A DNA stretch of 60,051 nucleotides, taken from NCBI GenBank assembly GCA_023248875.1, contig JAHFDT010000002.1, positions 1 to 60,051 of the forward strand, given 5' to 3'. The notes under the pieces are model-generated. The model was not told the DNA's origin and did not search any database. It worked only from the letters and a program-made list of their open reading frames with translations. Each line of letters begins with the position of its first letter. Position 1 is the first letter of the stretch. Of the stretch, positions 11,905 through 21,688 are shown in pieces. The DNA comes from Myxococcales bacterium. GTDB lineage: Bacteria; Myxococcota_A; Polyangia; Palsa-1104; SHYY01. Position numbers and translations under genes: made by a program.

Positions 11905-12567
11905 CTACAATCCTGCCTGCTTGGCCACCTCGGCGGCAAAATCGTCCTTGCGCTTCTCGAGCCCCTCGCCCAGCTCCCAGCGGACAAAACGGCGGATTCG
12001 GATGTTCTCGCCGATCTTGGCGACGATCTCGGTGAGCAGCGCGCCGATGGTCTTCTTGCCTTCGGGATCACGCACCCAAATCTGGTCGAGCAGACAAACG
12101 TCCTTCTTCCACTTCGCGATCTGGCCTTCGACGATCTTGCCCACGATCTCGGCCTTCTTGCCCTGCTCGATCGCCTTGGCGGTCAGAATAGCGCGCTCGC
12201 TTTCGATCGCATCCGGCGCGACCTCATCGGCCGAGACGTAGAGTGGCGTCGGTGAAGCGCCGGCAATGTGCATCGCAACGTCCTTGACGAAATTCCGGAA
12301 ATCGTCGCCGCGCGCGACGAAATCGGTCTCGCAATTGACCTCGACGAGCACCCCGACCCGGCCGTTGTGGATGTAGGAATGCACCAACCCCTCCGAGGCC
12401 ACGCGCCCCGCCTTCTTGGCCGCCGCCGCCAACCCTTTCTTGCGCAGATACTCGCCCGCCTTTTCCAAATCGCCGTCGGTCTCGACCAGCGCCTTCTTGC
12501 AATCGGCCATCCCTGCGCCCGTTCGTTCGCGCAGATCCTTCACCATCGCTGCCGTGATCTCAGCCAT
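11905..12567 (-). CDS. tsf: Translation elongation factor Ts (short form)
   Basis: 220 aa; [27 protein letters not shown]-like N-terminus; lies between rpsB and pyrH. Confidence 0.95.
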   Translation of the reverse strand: MAEITAAMVKDLRERTGAGMADCKKALVETDGDLEKAGEYLRKKGLAAAAKKAGRVASEGLVHSYIHNGRVGVLVEVNCETDFVARGDDFRNFVKDVAMHIAGASPTPLYVSADEVAPDAIESERAILTAKAIEQGKKAEIVGKIVEGQIAKWKKDVCLLDQIWVRDPEGKKTIGALLTEIVAKIGENIRIRRFVRWELGEGLEKRKDDFAAEVAKQAGL

Positions 12568-12582
12568 CGTTCACTCCAATGA

Positions 12583-13464
12583 TTACTCGTTGGTCTCGGT
12601 TTCGCCCTCGGGCGTCGCGCGCGCTTCGGCATCCGGTCGCGGCCCACGCCGAGTCGAAATCTCCACCTTCGGTCCATCGCCACCCGACTGCACGCGGATC
12701 GTCTCCGCCCGCTCCTCGCCCGACTCCCGCTTGTCGCGCTGCTGGATCGCCCGCTCCTTGCCGAGACGCGCACCGATGAGGCAGGCGTCGGCGATCTTGC
12801 CTGTAAACAGCTTGACCGCGCGGATCGCATCGTCGTTGCCCGGGATCAAGTAGTCGATGAGATCCGGATCGCAGTTGGTATCGGCGATCGCGATCACCGG
12901 GATCTCCAACTTGCGTGCCTCACTGACCGCGATGTGCTCCTTCTTGGCATCGACCACGAACAGCGCCCCCGGAAGCCCACCCATCGCCTTGATGCCGCCG
13001 AGCGTCTTCTCGAGCTTGATCCGCTCGCGCTCGAGCTCCAGCACCTCCTTCTTGGTCAGCCGCTCGAAGGTGCCATCCTCGCCCATCTTCTCGATCGCCC
13101 GCAGCCGGTCGATCGACCCCTTGACGGTACGGAAGTTGGTGAGCGTGCCGCCCAGCCACCGGTTGGTGACATGGAACATCCCCGCGCGCTTGGCCTCCTC
13201 CTGGATCACCTCCTGCGCCTGCTTCTTGGTGCCGACGAACAGCACCGAGTGGCCGCCCGCCACCGTCTCGACCACAAACTGGTAGGCGCGCAGAAACAGC
13301 TGCACCGTGTGCTGCAGGTCGATAATGTGGATGCCGTTGCGGGCGCCGAAAATGAAGGGGCGCATCTTCGGATTCCAGCGCTTGGTCTGGTGGCCGAAGT
13401 GCACGCCTGCCTCAAGCAGCTGGCGCATGGTGATGGGGGCGGACGAATCCTGCTGAGTTTCCAT
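12583..13464 (-). CDS. rpsB: 30S ribosomal protein S2 with a charged C-terminal extension
   Basis: [19 protein letters not shown]...VDLQHT...; conserved rpsB-tsf order. Confidence 0.95.
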   Translation of the reverse strand: METQQDSSAPITMRQLLEAGVHFGHQTKRWNPKMRPFIFGARNGIHIIDLQHTVQLFLRAYQFVVETVAGGHSVLFVGTKKQAQEVIQEEAKRAGMFHVTNRWLGGTLTNFRTVKGSIDRLRAIEKMGEDGTFERLTKKEVLELERERIKLEKTLGGIKAMGGLPGALFVVDAKKEHIAVSEARKLEIPVIAIADTNCDPDLIDYLIPGNDDAIRAVKLFTGKIADACLIGARLGKERAIQQRDKRESGEERAETIRVQSGGDGPKVEISTRRGPRPDAEARATPEGETETNE

Positions 13465-13679
13465 GGGAACCTCTCGTTTAGCCTCCGCTTCGATCTCTGG
13501 TGGCCGCGGACCCGCAACAGCGCGAGCACAATGCGGAACCTCCCGAAGCGTGTGAATTTACAGCGGAGGATCGACTACCACGGCGGCGGACGGGGTTCAA
13601 GATGAAAACGGGAGGCAGGGGCGCGCTTCGAGTGCAATTTAGCGAGTTCTCCGTAGCCGCGGTAAACTACTGATGATCA

Positions 13680-15461
13680 ATGGCCCGTTTTCTCGAGGAG
13701 CTGGTTTCCGCCAAAGCGCTCCTAGGCTATGGGATGCGGGCCAAATGGCGGGAGGGCTACTCCAGCACGGATCTGCGCGCCGATCTCATGGCGGGGGTGG
13801 TGGTCGGCGTAGTCGCGCTACCGCTGTCGATGGCGCTGGCGATCGCCTCTGGAGTGGCACCGCAATATGGACTCTACACCGCGATTGTCGCAGGCGTGGT
13901 TTGTGCGCTTCTCGGTGGCACCCGCTGTCAGGTGACCGGACCCACCGCAGCCTTCGTCGTGATCCTGGCGCCGATCGTCGCCAAGTTTGGTCTCGCCGGG
14001 CTGCTGGTCGCGGGATTTATGGCGGGGCTGATGTTGATCGCGATGGCGCTGGCACGCTTCGGGCGCCTCATCAAATACATTCCCCATCCCGTCACCACCG
14101 GCTTCACCGCCGGCATCGCGGTGGTGATCGGCACGCTCCAGATCAAGGACCTTCTCGGATTGCAGCTCCACCGGGCGCCCGAGAGCTATCTCGAGCGCTG
14201 GAGGGAAATGTGGGAGGCGCGCGCAACCTTTTCCCCCTGGGAGCTTGTGACCGGCCTCTTGACGCTGGCCCTCCTGGTGCTGGTGCCGCGGGTGATCAAG
14301 CGGATCCCCGCGCCCTTGATCGCACTGACCCTCGCGGGCGTGGCCACCACCCTCGCCGCACACTTTCTGCCGGGCTTTCACGTCGCCACCATCGGCTCGC
14401 GCTTCCATTCGCTGGTCGCTGGCCAGGAGGTGGCGGGCATTCCGCCGCTGCCGCCGCTACCGCTTTTGCCCTGGCACATGGCCGGGCCGGGGGGCCAGCC
14501 GTTTCATCTCGGGGTGACGACGATCCGCGAGCTTCTCCCGGCCGCCTTTGCCATCGCGCTGTTGGGCGCCATCGAATCGCTGCTCTCCGCAGTGGTCTCC
14601 GATGGGATGACCGGTACCCAGCACGATTCCAACGCCGAGCTCCTCGCGCTCGGGATCGGCAATGTGCTGTGCCCGCTCTTCGGCGGAATCGCCGCTACGG
14701 GCGCGCTGGCGCGCACCGCCACCAACATTCGCGCCGGCGCGCGGTCGCCCATCGCCGCGATCGTGCATTCGCTGTTCGTTCTGGCCTGCACCGTGGCCCT
14801 GGCGCCGCTGGTGGCCTACCTGCCGATGGCAGCGCTGGCGGCACTGCTGCTGATGGTGGCCAAGAACATGGCCGAGGCGAAACATTTCGTTCACATCCTG
14901 CGCGTGGCACCGCGGAGTGATCAGCTGCTGCTGCTCACCTGCTTCGGTCTGACGGTGATCTTCGACATGGTGTTGGCGGTCACCGTGGGCGTGGTCTTGG
15001 CGGCGCTGCTCTTCATGCGACACATGGCCGAGATCACCGATGCGAAGCTGGACGAAAACACCATGGCCAAGCTCGAAGTCCCCAAGGGCGTGCGCCTCTA
15101 TGAGATCGCCGGCCCGCTATTTTTCGGCGCGGCCCAGAAAGCGATGAGTGTGATCGATCAAATCCACGATGACTCGGCGCAGGCCCTGATTCTGCATCTC
15201 GGGCAGGTGCCGACGATCGACGCGACGGGGCTTGCAGCACTCCAAACGATGATCGATAAACTCATCCACGGGGGCCACAAGGTGATCCTCTCGGGGCTGC
15301 GCCGGCAACCCGCCGAAGTGATCTCGCGGGCAGGCATCCAGCACATCCCCGGCAAGCTGGCGATCGCACCCGATCTCGACGCGGCGATCAGCCTGGCCAT
15401 TCTGCACCTAGCGCGCACCCCACCGCCGGCACCTTCGACGGATCAGCCTGCGGCAGCCTGA
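13680..15461 (+). CDS. SulP family inorganic anion (sulfate/bicarbonate) transporter with C-terminal STAS domain
   Basis: 593 aa; multi-TM core with VALPLSMALAIASGV, followed by a STAS-like region (LYEIAGPLFFGAA...IDATGL). Confidence 0.9.
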   Translation: MARFLEELVSAKALLGYGMRAKWREGYSSTDLRADLMAGVVVGVVALPLSMALAIASGVAPQYGLYTAIVAGVVCALLGGTRCQVTGPTAAFVVILAPIVAKFGLAGLLVAGFMAGLMLIAMALARFGRLIKYIPHPVTTGFTAGIAVVIGTLQIKDLLGLQLHRAPESYLERWREMWEARATFSPWELVTGLLTLALLVLVPRVIKRIPAPLIALTLAGVATTLAAHFLPGFHVATIGSRFHSLVAGQEVAGIPPLPPLPLLPWHMAGPGGQPFHLGVTTIRELLPAAFAIALLGAIESLLSAVVSDGMTGTQHDSNAELLALGIGNVLCPLFGGIAATGALARTATNIRAGARSPIAAIVHSLFVLACTVALAPLVAYLPMAALAALLLMVAKNMAEAKHFVHILRVAPRSDQLLLLTCFGLTVIFDMVLAVTVGVVLAALLFMRHMAEITDAKLDENTMAKLEVPKGVRLYEIAGPLFFGAAQKAMSVIDQIHDDSAQALILHLGQVPTIDATGLAALQTMIDKLIHGGHKVILSGLRRQPAEVISRAGIQHIPGKLAIAPDLDAAISLAILHLARTPPPAPSTDQPAAA

Positions 15462-15467
15462 TCCGAA

Positions 15468-15806
15468 TCATTCCTTCGGGATGGCGTTCAAGATCGCCTC
15501 GGCCGCCGGATTGGCGGGATGGATCCCATGCTGCGGGACGTCATAGTCGAACTCATAGCTGGCGCCGGGAGCGTGGTAACCCACCCGCACGATGCCGCGG
15601 CAGCCGCGGGTGATCTCCGTCGACCAGCTGCCGCCGGGCGCCGCCGCATGCACCCGCTCATCGATCGAAGGTCCACCGCGGCCGCGATAGGAACGAACGA
15701 TTCGTTCACTCTTTTCGTGATCGCTGGTATCGAACGCCCCCTGGAGAATGAGCGCCGTCGAAAGCATGCAGACGAGGGCGATGAACCACTTGCCGGAGAT
15801 CTGCAT
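15468..15806 (-). CDS. Hypothetical exported protein
   Basis: 112 aa from the internal ATG (MQISGKWFIALVCMLSTALILQGA signal/anchor); the ORF-track N-terminus is Arg/Pro-rich and unlikely. Confidence 0.5.
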   Translation of the reverse strand: MQISGKWFIALVCMLSTALILQGAFDTSDHEKSERIVRSYRGRGGPSIDERVHAAAPGGSWSTEITRGCRGIVRVGYHAPGASYEFDYDVPQHGIHPANPAAEAILNAIPKE

Positions 15807-15972
15807 TAGCAGGCTGTTGATAAAGTCGTTTTTAGGCCGCCACAGGCGGCCCGGCCGGAAGCCCGGCCGCCGCAGGAGAGGGGCCCCGGCGAGCTTTGCT
15901 CGACGGGGAGAGGCGGCACGCCTCTCCCTCGATCGACTAGCAGGCGGCATTCACTGGCTTGGTTTTTTGTGC

Positions 15973-16269
15973 TCATTTGAGTTTTTCAACAGCCTGCGTG
16001 CGCTCCTTGACGAGGCGGCGCAGTCCGGCACGGTCTTCATCGGTGATCTGCTCGGAAGGCGCACCGCCGTCGGCCATCAGTCGCTTGAGTCGCTCTGCCA
16101 ATTGCTGGGCTTCGTGCCTCGTGTCATCCGCGAGCTCCTGCGCCTCGCGCGTCCCGGCGATGGCGCGCAGATGGCCCCAGAGGGTTCGGCGCCCCACCTT
16201 CACGGTGGCACCCAACCAGCCCACGGTGCCGATGAGGAGCAGCCAGAACAGCCAGCGGAAGATTCTCAC
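15973..16269 (-). CDS. Hypothetical membrane-anchored helical protein
   Basis: 98 aa; N-terminal TM (RWLFWLLLIGTVGWLGA) followed by a charged helical region. Confidence 0.5.
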   Translation of the reverse strand: MRIFRWLFWLLLIGTVGWLGATVKVGRRTLWGHLRAIAGTREAQELADDTRHEAQQLAERLKRLMADGGAPSEQITDEDRAGLRRLVKERTQAVEKLK

Positions 16270-16314
16270 GGGGCGTTGATACCTTTCTCAGCTCGCCACG
16301 GCAAGCGACCCTGT

Positions 16315-16512
16315 TTATCGTGCTTCGAACTCCTTGCAAAAAACTACCTCCGGCGTGGGCTTAGCGTAGTGCTCGCGAAGGTGCAGCGCGACCGGCCACT
16401 CGTGCGCGCAGGCGCGCTCAGTGGCGCAGAAATGGCCGCACTGTTCGCAATTGAAGGCGAACGCAAACTGGACGACCTCATTATTAAACTGGCGATCGCG
16501 CACCGCCTGCAT
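16315..16512 (-). CDS. Small Cys-rich hypothetical protein (CEQCGHFC...C...C)
   Basis: 65 aa from ATG 16512; GC-rich third positions; five Cys including CxxC; start choice uncertain (alternative ATGs at 16530 and 16533). Confidence 0.35.
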   Translation of the reverse strand: MQAVRDRQFNNEVVQFAFAFNCEQCGHFCATERACAHEWPVALHLREHYAKPTPEVVFCKEFEAR

Positions 16513-16531
16513 GGCGAGTATCATACCCATC

Positions 16532-17332
16532 ATGCGGCAGAGATACTGGCTAGTTTTCGCGCTGCTCGGATGCGGCGAACCGCCGAGCCCGGCGCCCCTC
16601 GATGCGGGCGTCGACGCGGCGGGCTGGCATGCGACGGTGCAGCTCCCCATGCGCGGCGAGCTGCATTGGGCCGAAGAGCTTCCGCTCGGCGAGCTTGCGG
16701 CGGCCGACCTTTCCGGCAATGTGGGAACCATCACGTACGGCAAACAGACCCATCCCGCTGCGATCTATCGGTCGATTCCGTTTGGCAAGTATCAGCTCGC
16801 CGCGATCGTTTCGAGCTGGGCGGACAACCTCCTGGTGGCCTACGCCTACTGTCAAAAAGGTAAAGTCGACGCCTGGTACCACGAGACGCTCGACCAGCCG
16901 ATGGCCTATCAGGCAACAGTCGTCAATGGGACCTGCCAGCTGGAAAAGATTCCGACGGTGAGTGAGATGATATTCGATCCGATGGAGCAGCTGCCGGCCG
17001 GTCTGCTGCACGCCGACCATGCCTCCGTCACGGGCGCTGACCTGGCGATCGCCGAGGGACTGGGCACTGCCCAGATCAAGGGCGAGGCATGGGACGTCAA
17101 CGCCTTCAACTGGGTCGACTGTTCCAAGTGCGGCGCGACCAAGAATCCGAAAACGGACGGCTGGTACGAGCTGCACAGCCTGCTGCGGCGCGGTCCCGCG
17201 ATTTCGTTTGGCATCTTTTACCTCGAATCGTGGGATCCGATGACGGTGCCGCTCGAATACACGTTCCGCTGGGATGTGCCGAGCGTCTTTCCGCCCGAGA
17301 CCTCGTTTGTGGCGCAGTGGAAGCTCAAGTAG
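16532..17332 (+). CDS. Hypothetical lipoprotein
   Basis: MRQRYWLVFALLGCGEP lipobox from the internal ATG 16532; the ORF-track start 16421 is unlikely. Confidence 0.65.
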   Translation: MRQRYWLVFALLGCGEPPSPAPLDAGVDAAGWHATVQLPMRGELHWAEELPLGELAAADLSGNVGTITYGKQTHPAAIYRSIPFGKYQLAAIVSSWADNLLVAYAYCQKGKVDAWYHETLDQPMAYQATVVNGTCQLEKIPTVSEMIFDPMEQLPAGLLHADHASVTGADLAIAEGLGTAQIKGEAWDVNAFNWVDCSKCGATKNPKTDGWYELHSLLRRGPAISFGIFYLESWDPMTVPLEYTFRWDVPSVFPPETSFVAQWKLK

Positions 17333-17358
17333 ACCGGATGATGTGATCAGCCGCAACA

Positions 17359-17850
17359 CTACAACGACTCCTGTAGCCGGCGCAGCCGACGCGCCCGCAC
17401 CAGATCGTCCCGCAGCCCTTCGATCGTGCGATGCAACAGCGGGTGCACCGCCTGGGCGGCGATCTCTGCGAGTGGCTCGAGCACGAAGCCTCGCTCCTGC
17501 AGCCGCGGATGCGGCACCTCGAGCCGCGGCGTCGAGAGCGTGCGCCCCTCCCAAAGGAGGATATCGAGATCGAGGGTGCGTGGCAGATCGCGCGCGACGC
17601 CGCGCTCGCGGCCATGGCGCAGTTCGATGCGCTGGAGCCCGTCCAGTAGCGGTTCCGGATCGAGCTCGGTGTCGAGAGCGACCACGGCATTGTAGTAGTC
17701 GGGCGGCGGACCGATGGCCTCCGTCTCCCAGACGGACGAGCGTGCGACAATGCGCCCCAGCCCCACCAGTTCCGCCGCCGCGACCCGGAGCGTGGCCAGC
17801 CGATCGCCCAGGTTGGCACCGAACCCGATGTAGACGCGCGAGGGGCTCAC
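17359..17850 (-). CDS. folK: 2-amino-4-hydroxy-6-hydroxymethyldihydropteridine diphosphokinase
   Basis: VYIGFGANLGDR...WETEA...YYNAVVAL...ELRHGRER...PRTLDLDILL; GTG start. Confidence 0.9.
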   Translation of the reverse strand: MSPSRVYIGFGANLGDRLATLRVAAAELVGLGRIVARSSVWETEAIGPPPDYYNAVVALDTELDPEPLLDGLQRIELRHGRERGVARDLPRTLDLDILLWEGRTLSTPRLEVPHPRLQERGFVLEPLAEIAAQAVHPLLHRTIEGLRDDLVRARRLRRLQESL

Positions 17851-17986
17851 GCTCCTACGGTACCATGTTGTCGTGGAGCCCGGGTCGAGACCGTCAAAAA
17901 CGACGACCCACGCGGGCAGTGGCCATGTAACACGCTTAAATCATGTAACTTATTATCAGGAACGGGGTTTGCTTAGCCAAACCCAC

Positions 17987-18931
17987 ATGCAGCCACGCGA
18001 AAAGGATTCGCCGGCGCGGACGCTTCACTCGGCGAAGGCCCGTCCTCTTCGGGAGGTCGGAAAAGCAGACCTCTCAGACGTGCAGGTGAAAAAGTTCAGG
18101 CCCACCGATGCGGCGGCGATCAGCCACTTTGTCCGCGAGGGCTACGTGGCCTACACCGGTATCTATGCGCCTTCCTTGATCGCCGCTTGCCGCTCCTTCT
18201 GTCTCGACCGCTTCCACCATCGGCTGCAGCAGAGCACGAAGCGCAAGCTCGCCCAGGACGTCAATGGATGGGCCGTCGAGATCGTCGAAGCGTTTGCGAA
18301 AACGGACCTCTACGACCGGTTCATCACCCATCCCAAGAGCCTCGCCCTCTTGCAGCGCTATCTCGGGCCCGACCTGGCCATTCTCGGCTACGACGCGTTG
18401 TGGATCAACGTTCCCCGGGACCGGGATCCGGTACTGCTCAAAGGCATCCATTCTGACGCCTGGACCGGAACGTCGATCCACACCCTCTTCGCCAAGACCT
18501 TTTTTACCGATTGCGACGCCTACAATGGCATGTCGGTCTGTCCCGGCTCCCACCTGCAGGGGATGATTCCGGTGCGGAACCGAGCCGTAGATCCCGCCTG
18601 CGACGTCGCATTCAATTCGGTCAATCTGTCCACCATGAAGGCGGGCGATCTATTGATATGGCACCCGCTGCTGCTGCACTCCACGACCGGGCATAGCGAT
18701 ACCAATATCCGCATCTCTTTGACCTCGCGCTACACCTCGACCGAAACCCCGTTTAGCTCGCAGGAGCGTGCGCTCGGCTATCGCACGCTCAGCGTTGGCC
18801 CCATGAATCAGGTCGGCCGTATGATCGGCAACGACCTGCTCACGCCCTTTCGAACCTATGGTGGCTTCGTGGGAATTGACCGAAGAATGGGTGCGGTCTA
18901 TCCGCACAGCGACTACAAAAATGGATATTGA
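17987..18931 (+). CDS. Phytanoyl-CoA dioxygenase (PhyH) family Fe(II)/2-oxoglutarate oxygenase
   Basis: GIHSDAW (HxD) and WHPLLLHST (distal His) spacing fits PhyH-type oxygenases; start is probably ATG 17987, after an AT-rich leader. Confidence 0.7.
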   Translation: MQPREKDSPARTLHSAKARPLREVGKADLSDVQVKKFRPTDAAAISHFVREGYVAYTGIYAPSLIAACRSFCLDRFHHRLQQSTKRKLAQDVNGWAVEIVEAFAKTDLYDRFITHPKSLALLQRYLGPDLAILGYDALWINVPRDRDPVLLKGIHSDAWTGTSIHTLFAKTFFTDCDAYNGMSVCPGSHLQGMIPVRNRAVDPACDVAFNSVNLSTMKAGDLLIWHPLLLHSTTGHSDTNIRISLTSRYTSTETPFSSQERALGYRTLSVGPMNQVGRMIGNDLLTPFRTYGGFVGIDRRMGAVYPHSDYKNGY

Positions 18932-19142
18932 ATCGATCCTCAAGAAACTGCTGCCCGACGCCGGCATCGTCTCACTGGAGGGCGACGTGGTGACCATCGA
19001 ATCTGCAGCCAGCGGCAAGGCCGTCTTCGATGCCGAGATCGCGCTGCGCAAAGAGACAGGACGCCCGTACGAGATCATGCTGGGACGGATGGAAGACCGA
19101 AACGTGATCCGTATCCGGCGGGCAGAGAAAAGGCGCGCATGA
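18921..19142 (+). CDS. Small hypothetical protein (73 aa, Cys-free, basic tail)
   Basis: ATG 18921 overlaps the PhyH stop by 11 nt (alternative ATG 18858); MDIESILKKLLPDAGIVSLEGDVVTIE...RIRRAEKRRA; no clear SD. Confidence 0.45.
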   Translation: MDIESILKKLLPDAGIVSLEGDVVTIESAASGKAVFDAEIALRKETGRPYEIMLGRMEDRNVIRIRRAEKRRA

Positions 19143-19160
19143 CACGAAGGGGATTTCGCC

Positions 19161-20267
19161 ATGAGTGAAAGTTGGAATGAACTCTTGGACGGAACCAAGA
19201 TTGCGTATCATCGGGAGCGCATCGATGCGTGGGAGCGCGGCGAACGGATCGCCCCCATCACCATCGACATGTCCCTCACCCGTTCCTGCAATGCCGGGTG
19301 CCGCTTCTGCGCCGCCTGGTACCAGGAAAACGAGCGAAAGCCCATCACCGAGGAGGTGATGGAACGCTTTCTTGTGGACTGTGCCGAGATCGGCGTCAAA
19401 GGAATATCGCTCATCTCGGATGGCGAATCGACCATCAGCCCCTGTTTCAAATTCACCGTGAAGCGCGGCAAAGAGCTCGGCATCGATATGGCGGTCGGAA
19501 CCAATGGAATGGTGTTCACGCGCGAATGGTCGGAGGAGCTACTGCCGCATCTGACCTATCTGCGCATCAATTTCTCGGGTGGAACCAAAGAGAGATATTC
19601 AGAAATCATGGGTCTCAAACCCGTCTGGTATGACAAGGTCGTACAGAACATCAGAGATATGGTGGCGGTAAAGCGGGAGCGCGGCCTCTCCTGCACCCTT
19701 GGCATGCAGTTTGTGCTCATGCCCGACTTCGCCGACCAGATCCTGCCGTTTGCCGCACTCGGAAAAGAGCTTCGCCCCGACTATGCAATCATCAAACACT
19801 GTTCGGATACGCGCGACGGTGCGCTCGGCGTCGACTATTCCAAATACGACGCGCTCGATGGACTTCTCCGAGAAGCGGAAACCTATTCGGATGAGGGCTA
19901 CAAGTGCGTCGTCAAATGGACCAAGATCAAGGCCAACGGCGGAAGGTCCTACCAAAGGTGCTATGGACCCCCGTTTATCTTGCAGATCTCCGGATCGGGT
20001 CTCGTGGCCCCCTGCGGCGGAATGTTTAACGATCGGTTCCGCAAGTTCCATATGGGAAATATCGTGGAACAATCGTTCAAGGAGATCATTCTGTCGGATC
20101 GCTATCAAGAGGTGATGCGTTATCTCTCCTCGGATCAATTCAATGCCCAAAAGACCTGCGACACCCTCTGCCTCCAACACAAGACCAATGAATTCCTGGA
20201 TGCCTACAAAAAGGGAATGCGCCTGCCCGTGATTGGCGCCGCTCCGGCACACGGGAGTTTTATTTAA
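19161..20267 (+). CDS. Radical SAM enzyme with C-terminal Cys-rich (SPASM/twitch-like) region
   Basis: CNAGCRFC (Cx3Cx2C) at nt 19287-19310; GAAGGGGA SD; C-terminal Cys at RCYG, APCGG and KTCDTLC. Confidence 0.85.
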   Translation: MSESWNELLDGTKIAYHRERIDAWERGERIAPITIDMSLTRSCNAGCRFCAAWYQENERKPITEEVMERFLVDCAEIGVKGISLISDGESTISPCFKFTVKRGKELGIDMAVGTNGMVFTREWSEELLPHLTYLRINFSGGTKERYSEIMGLKPVWYDKVVQNIRDMVAVKRERGLSCTLGMQFVLMPDFADQILPFAALGKELRPDYAIIKHCSDTRDGALGVDYSKYDALDGLLREAETYSDEGYKCVVKWTKIKANGGRSYQRCYGPPFILQISGSGLVAPCGGMFNDRFRKFHMGNIVEQSFKEIILSDRYQEVMRYLSSDQFNAQKTCDTLCLQHKTNEFLDAYKKGMRLPVIGAAPAHGSFI

Positions 20268-20309
20268 CCGCACCATTGACCGCCACCGACCGGCCGGTAG
20301 AATCGCGCC

Positions 20310-21128
20310 GTGCCGTTTGCCATCGCAATCGCCACCGGCCTGGCCACGACGATCGGGGCGCTGCCCTTTCTGCTGCTGCGGGAGGTGACGCGCCGGCTCT
20401 ACGATACCCTGCTCGGTTTTGGTGCCGGCCTGATGCTAGCGGCGGCGACGTTGGGGCTGCTCTCCACCGCGCTCGAGGGAGTTCGAGCCGGCGGTACGCT
20501 GGATCTCGGACGGCTCCTTAGCACGCTGGGTGGCTTTGGCGCGGGCGTGGGGCTGCTCTATGCGATGGACCGGCTGATCCCGCACCAGCATGCGCGCGGC
20601 CATGGCACTCATGTGCATGAGGACCATGTCCACGAAACGGCGGGCAGCGATCCGATCGCAGCGCGGCTCCAGGCACAAAAGCAGGGGCTCTTGGTGGTGG
20701 GCGTGATGTCTTTGCATCGACTGCCCGAGGGCTTTGCCATCGGTGCGGGCTGGGCCGCCGGCGGGCGAGCGCTGGGGCTGACTCTGGCGGTTGCGGTAGC
20801 GGTGCAAAACGCCGTCGAGGGGGCGGTGATGGCGGCGCCCTTGCGACGCGGAGGGCTCGGCGTCGGGCGCCTCCTGGGGCTGGTCAGCGCGACGGGGATG
20901 GCGGTGCCCATCGGCGCCATCGCGGGCTATTTTCTTTCGTCGTTGGTGCCGGGCGCACTGCCGCCCATGTTGGCGCTGGCGGCGGGTGCACTGCTCTATC
21001 TCACCTGCAACGAGGTGATCCCCGAGTCGCACAGCCACGGCAACGAGGTGCGTGCCACGTTTGGTCTGCTCTGCGGCTTTGTCTTCATCATGGTGCTGGG
21101 AGTCCTCTTTGGGCATACCCACTCTTGA
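20310..21128 (+). CDS. ZIP family divalent metal (zinc) transporter
   Basis: 272 aa; His-rich loop HQHARGHGTHVHEDHVHE; LHRLPEGFAIG motif; multi-TM. Confidence 0.85.
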   Translation: MPFAIAIATGLATTIGALPFLLLREVTRRLYDTLLGFGAGLMLAAATLGLLSTALEGVRAGGTLDLGRLLSTLGGFGAGVGLLYAMDRLIPHQHARGHGTHVHEDHVHETAGSDPIAARLQAQKQGLLVVGVMSLHRLPEGFAIGAGWAAGGRALGLTLAVAVAVQNAVEGAVMAAPLRRGGLGVGRLLGLVSATGMAVPIGAIAGYFLSSLVPGALPPMLALAAGALLYLTCNEVIPESHSHGNEVRATFGLLCGFVFIMVLGVLFGHTHS

Positions 21129-21145
21129 GGTATGCTAGGGCTCCG

Positions 21146-21688
21146 ATGAGGAGAGCGATCCCCTTCTTGCTGTGGCTCGTGGCGAGTGCAGCGCTGGCCC
21201 AGACCAACCGCGACGAGGCGCGCGCTCACCATGAGCTCGCCAAGATTGAATTCGCCAAGGCCAAGTTCGCCGAAGCGCTGAGTGAATTTCGCAAGGCTTA
21301 CGAGCTCGCGCCGATCCCCGACCTCCTCTACAACATCGGCCTCTGCCAGGAGCGGCTCTCAGACTGGGCGGGTGCGGTGGAGACCTACGACCGCTATTTG
21401 GCCGCCCGACCGAATGCCGATGAACGGGGGATCCTCGAAGGGAAGATGGGAGAGCTGCGGCAGAAGGCGGCCCCGCCACCGCCGGTAGTGGCGCCGATGC
21501 CGGTGGCACCACCGCCGATCGTTGCGCCACGTGTCGTCGAGAAGCGACCGGCCGCTCCACCGCTCCCGGTTTACAAGCGCTGGTGGTTCTGGACGGCGGC
21601 AGCGGCGGTGGTGGCCGCGGGCGTAGGCACTGGATTTGCGGTGGCGATCACGACCAACAAGACCTATCCGGGGATTGACGTCCCATGA
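21146..21688 (+). CDS. Exported TPR-like protein with Pro-rich linker and C-terminal TM anchor
   Basis: Signal peptide MRRAIPFLLWLVASAALAQ; TPR-like helices (YNIGLCQERL); PPPPVVAPMPVAPPP; C-terminal TM helix. Confidence 0.65.
   Translation: MRRAIPFLLWLVASAALAQTNRDEARAHHELAKIEFAKAKFAEALSEFRKAYELAPIPDLLYNIGLCQERLSDWAGAVETYDRYLAARPNADERGILEGKMGELRQKAAPPPPVVAPMPVAPPPIVAPRVVEKRPAAPPLPVYKRWWFWTAAAAVVAAGVGTGFAVAITTNKTYPGIDVP

Noticed and set aside
16550-17554. Long Arg/Ala/Pro-rich antisense ORFs (also 5785-6978, 7550-8488, 43409-44269, 45610-46791, 33123-34454, 34612-35868 and others)
   Set aside because: These are typical shadow ORFs of high-GC DNA. They overlap genes with clear family motifs on the other strand or frame and have biased Arg/Pro/Gly composition with no recognisable motifs.
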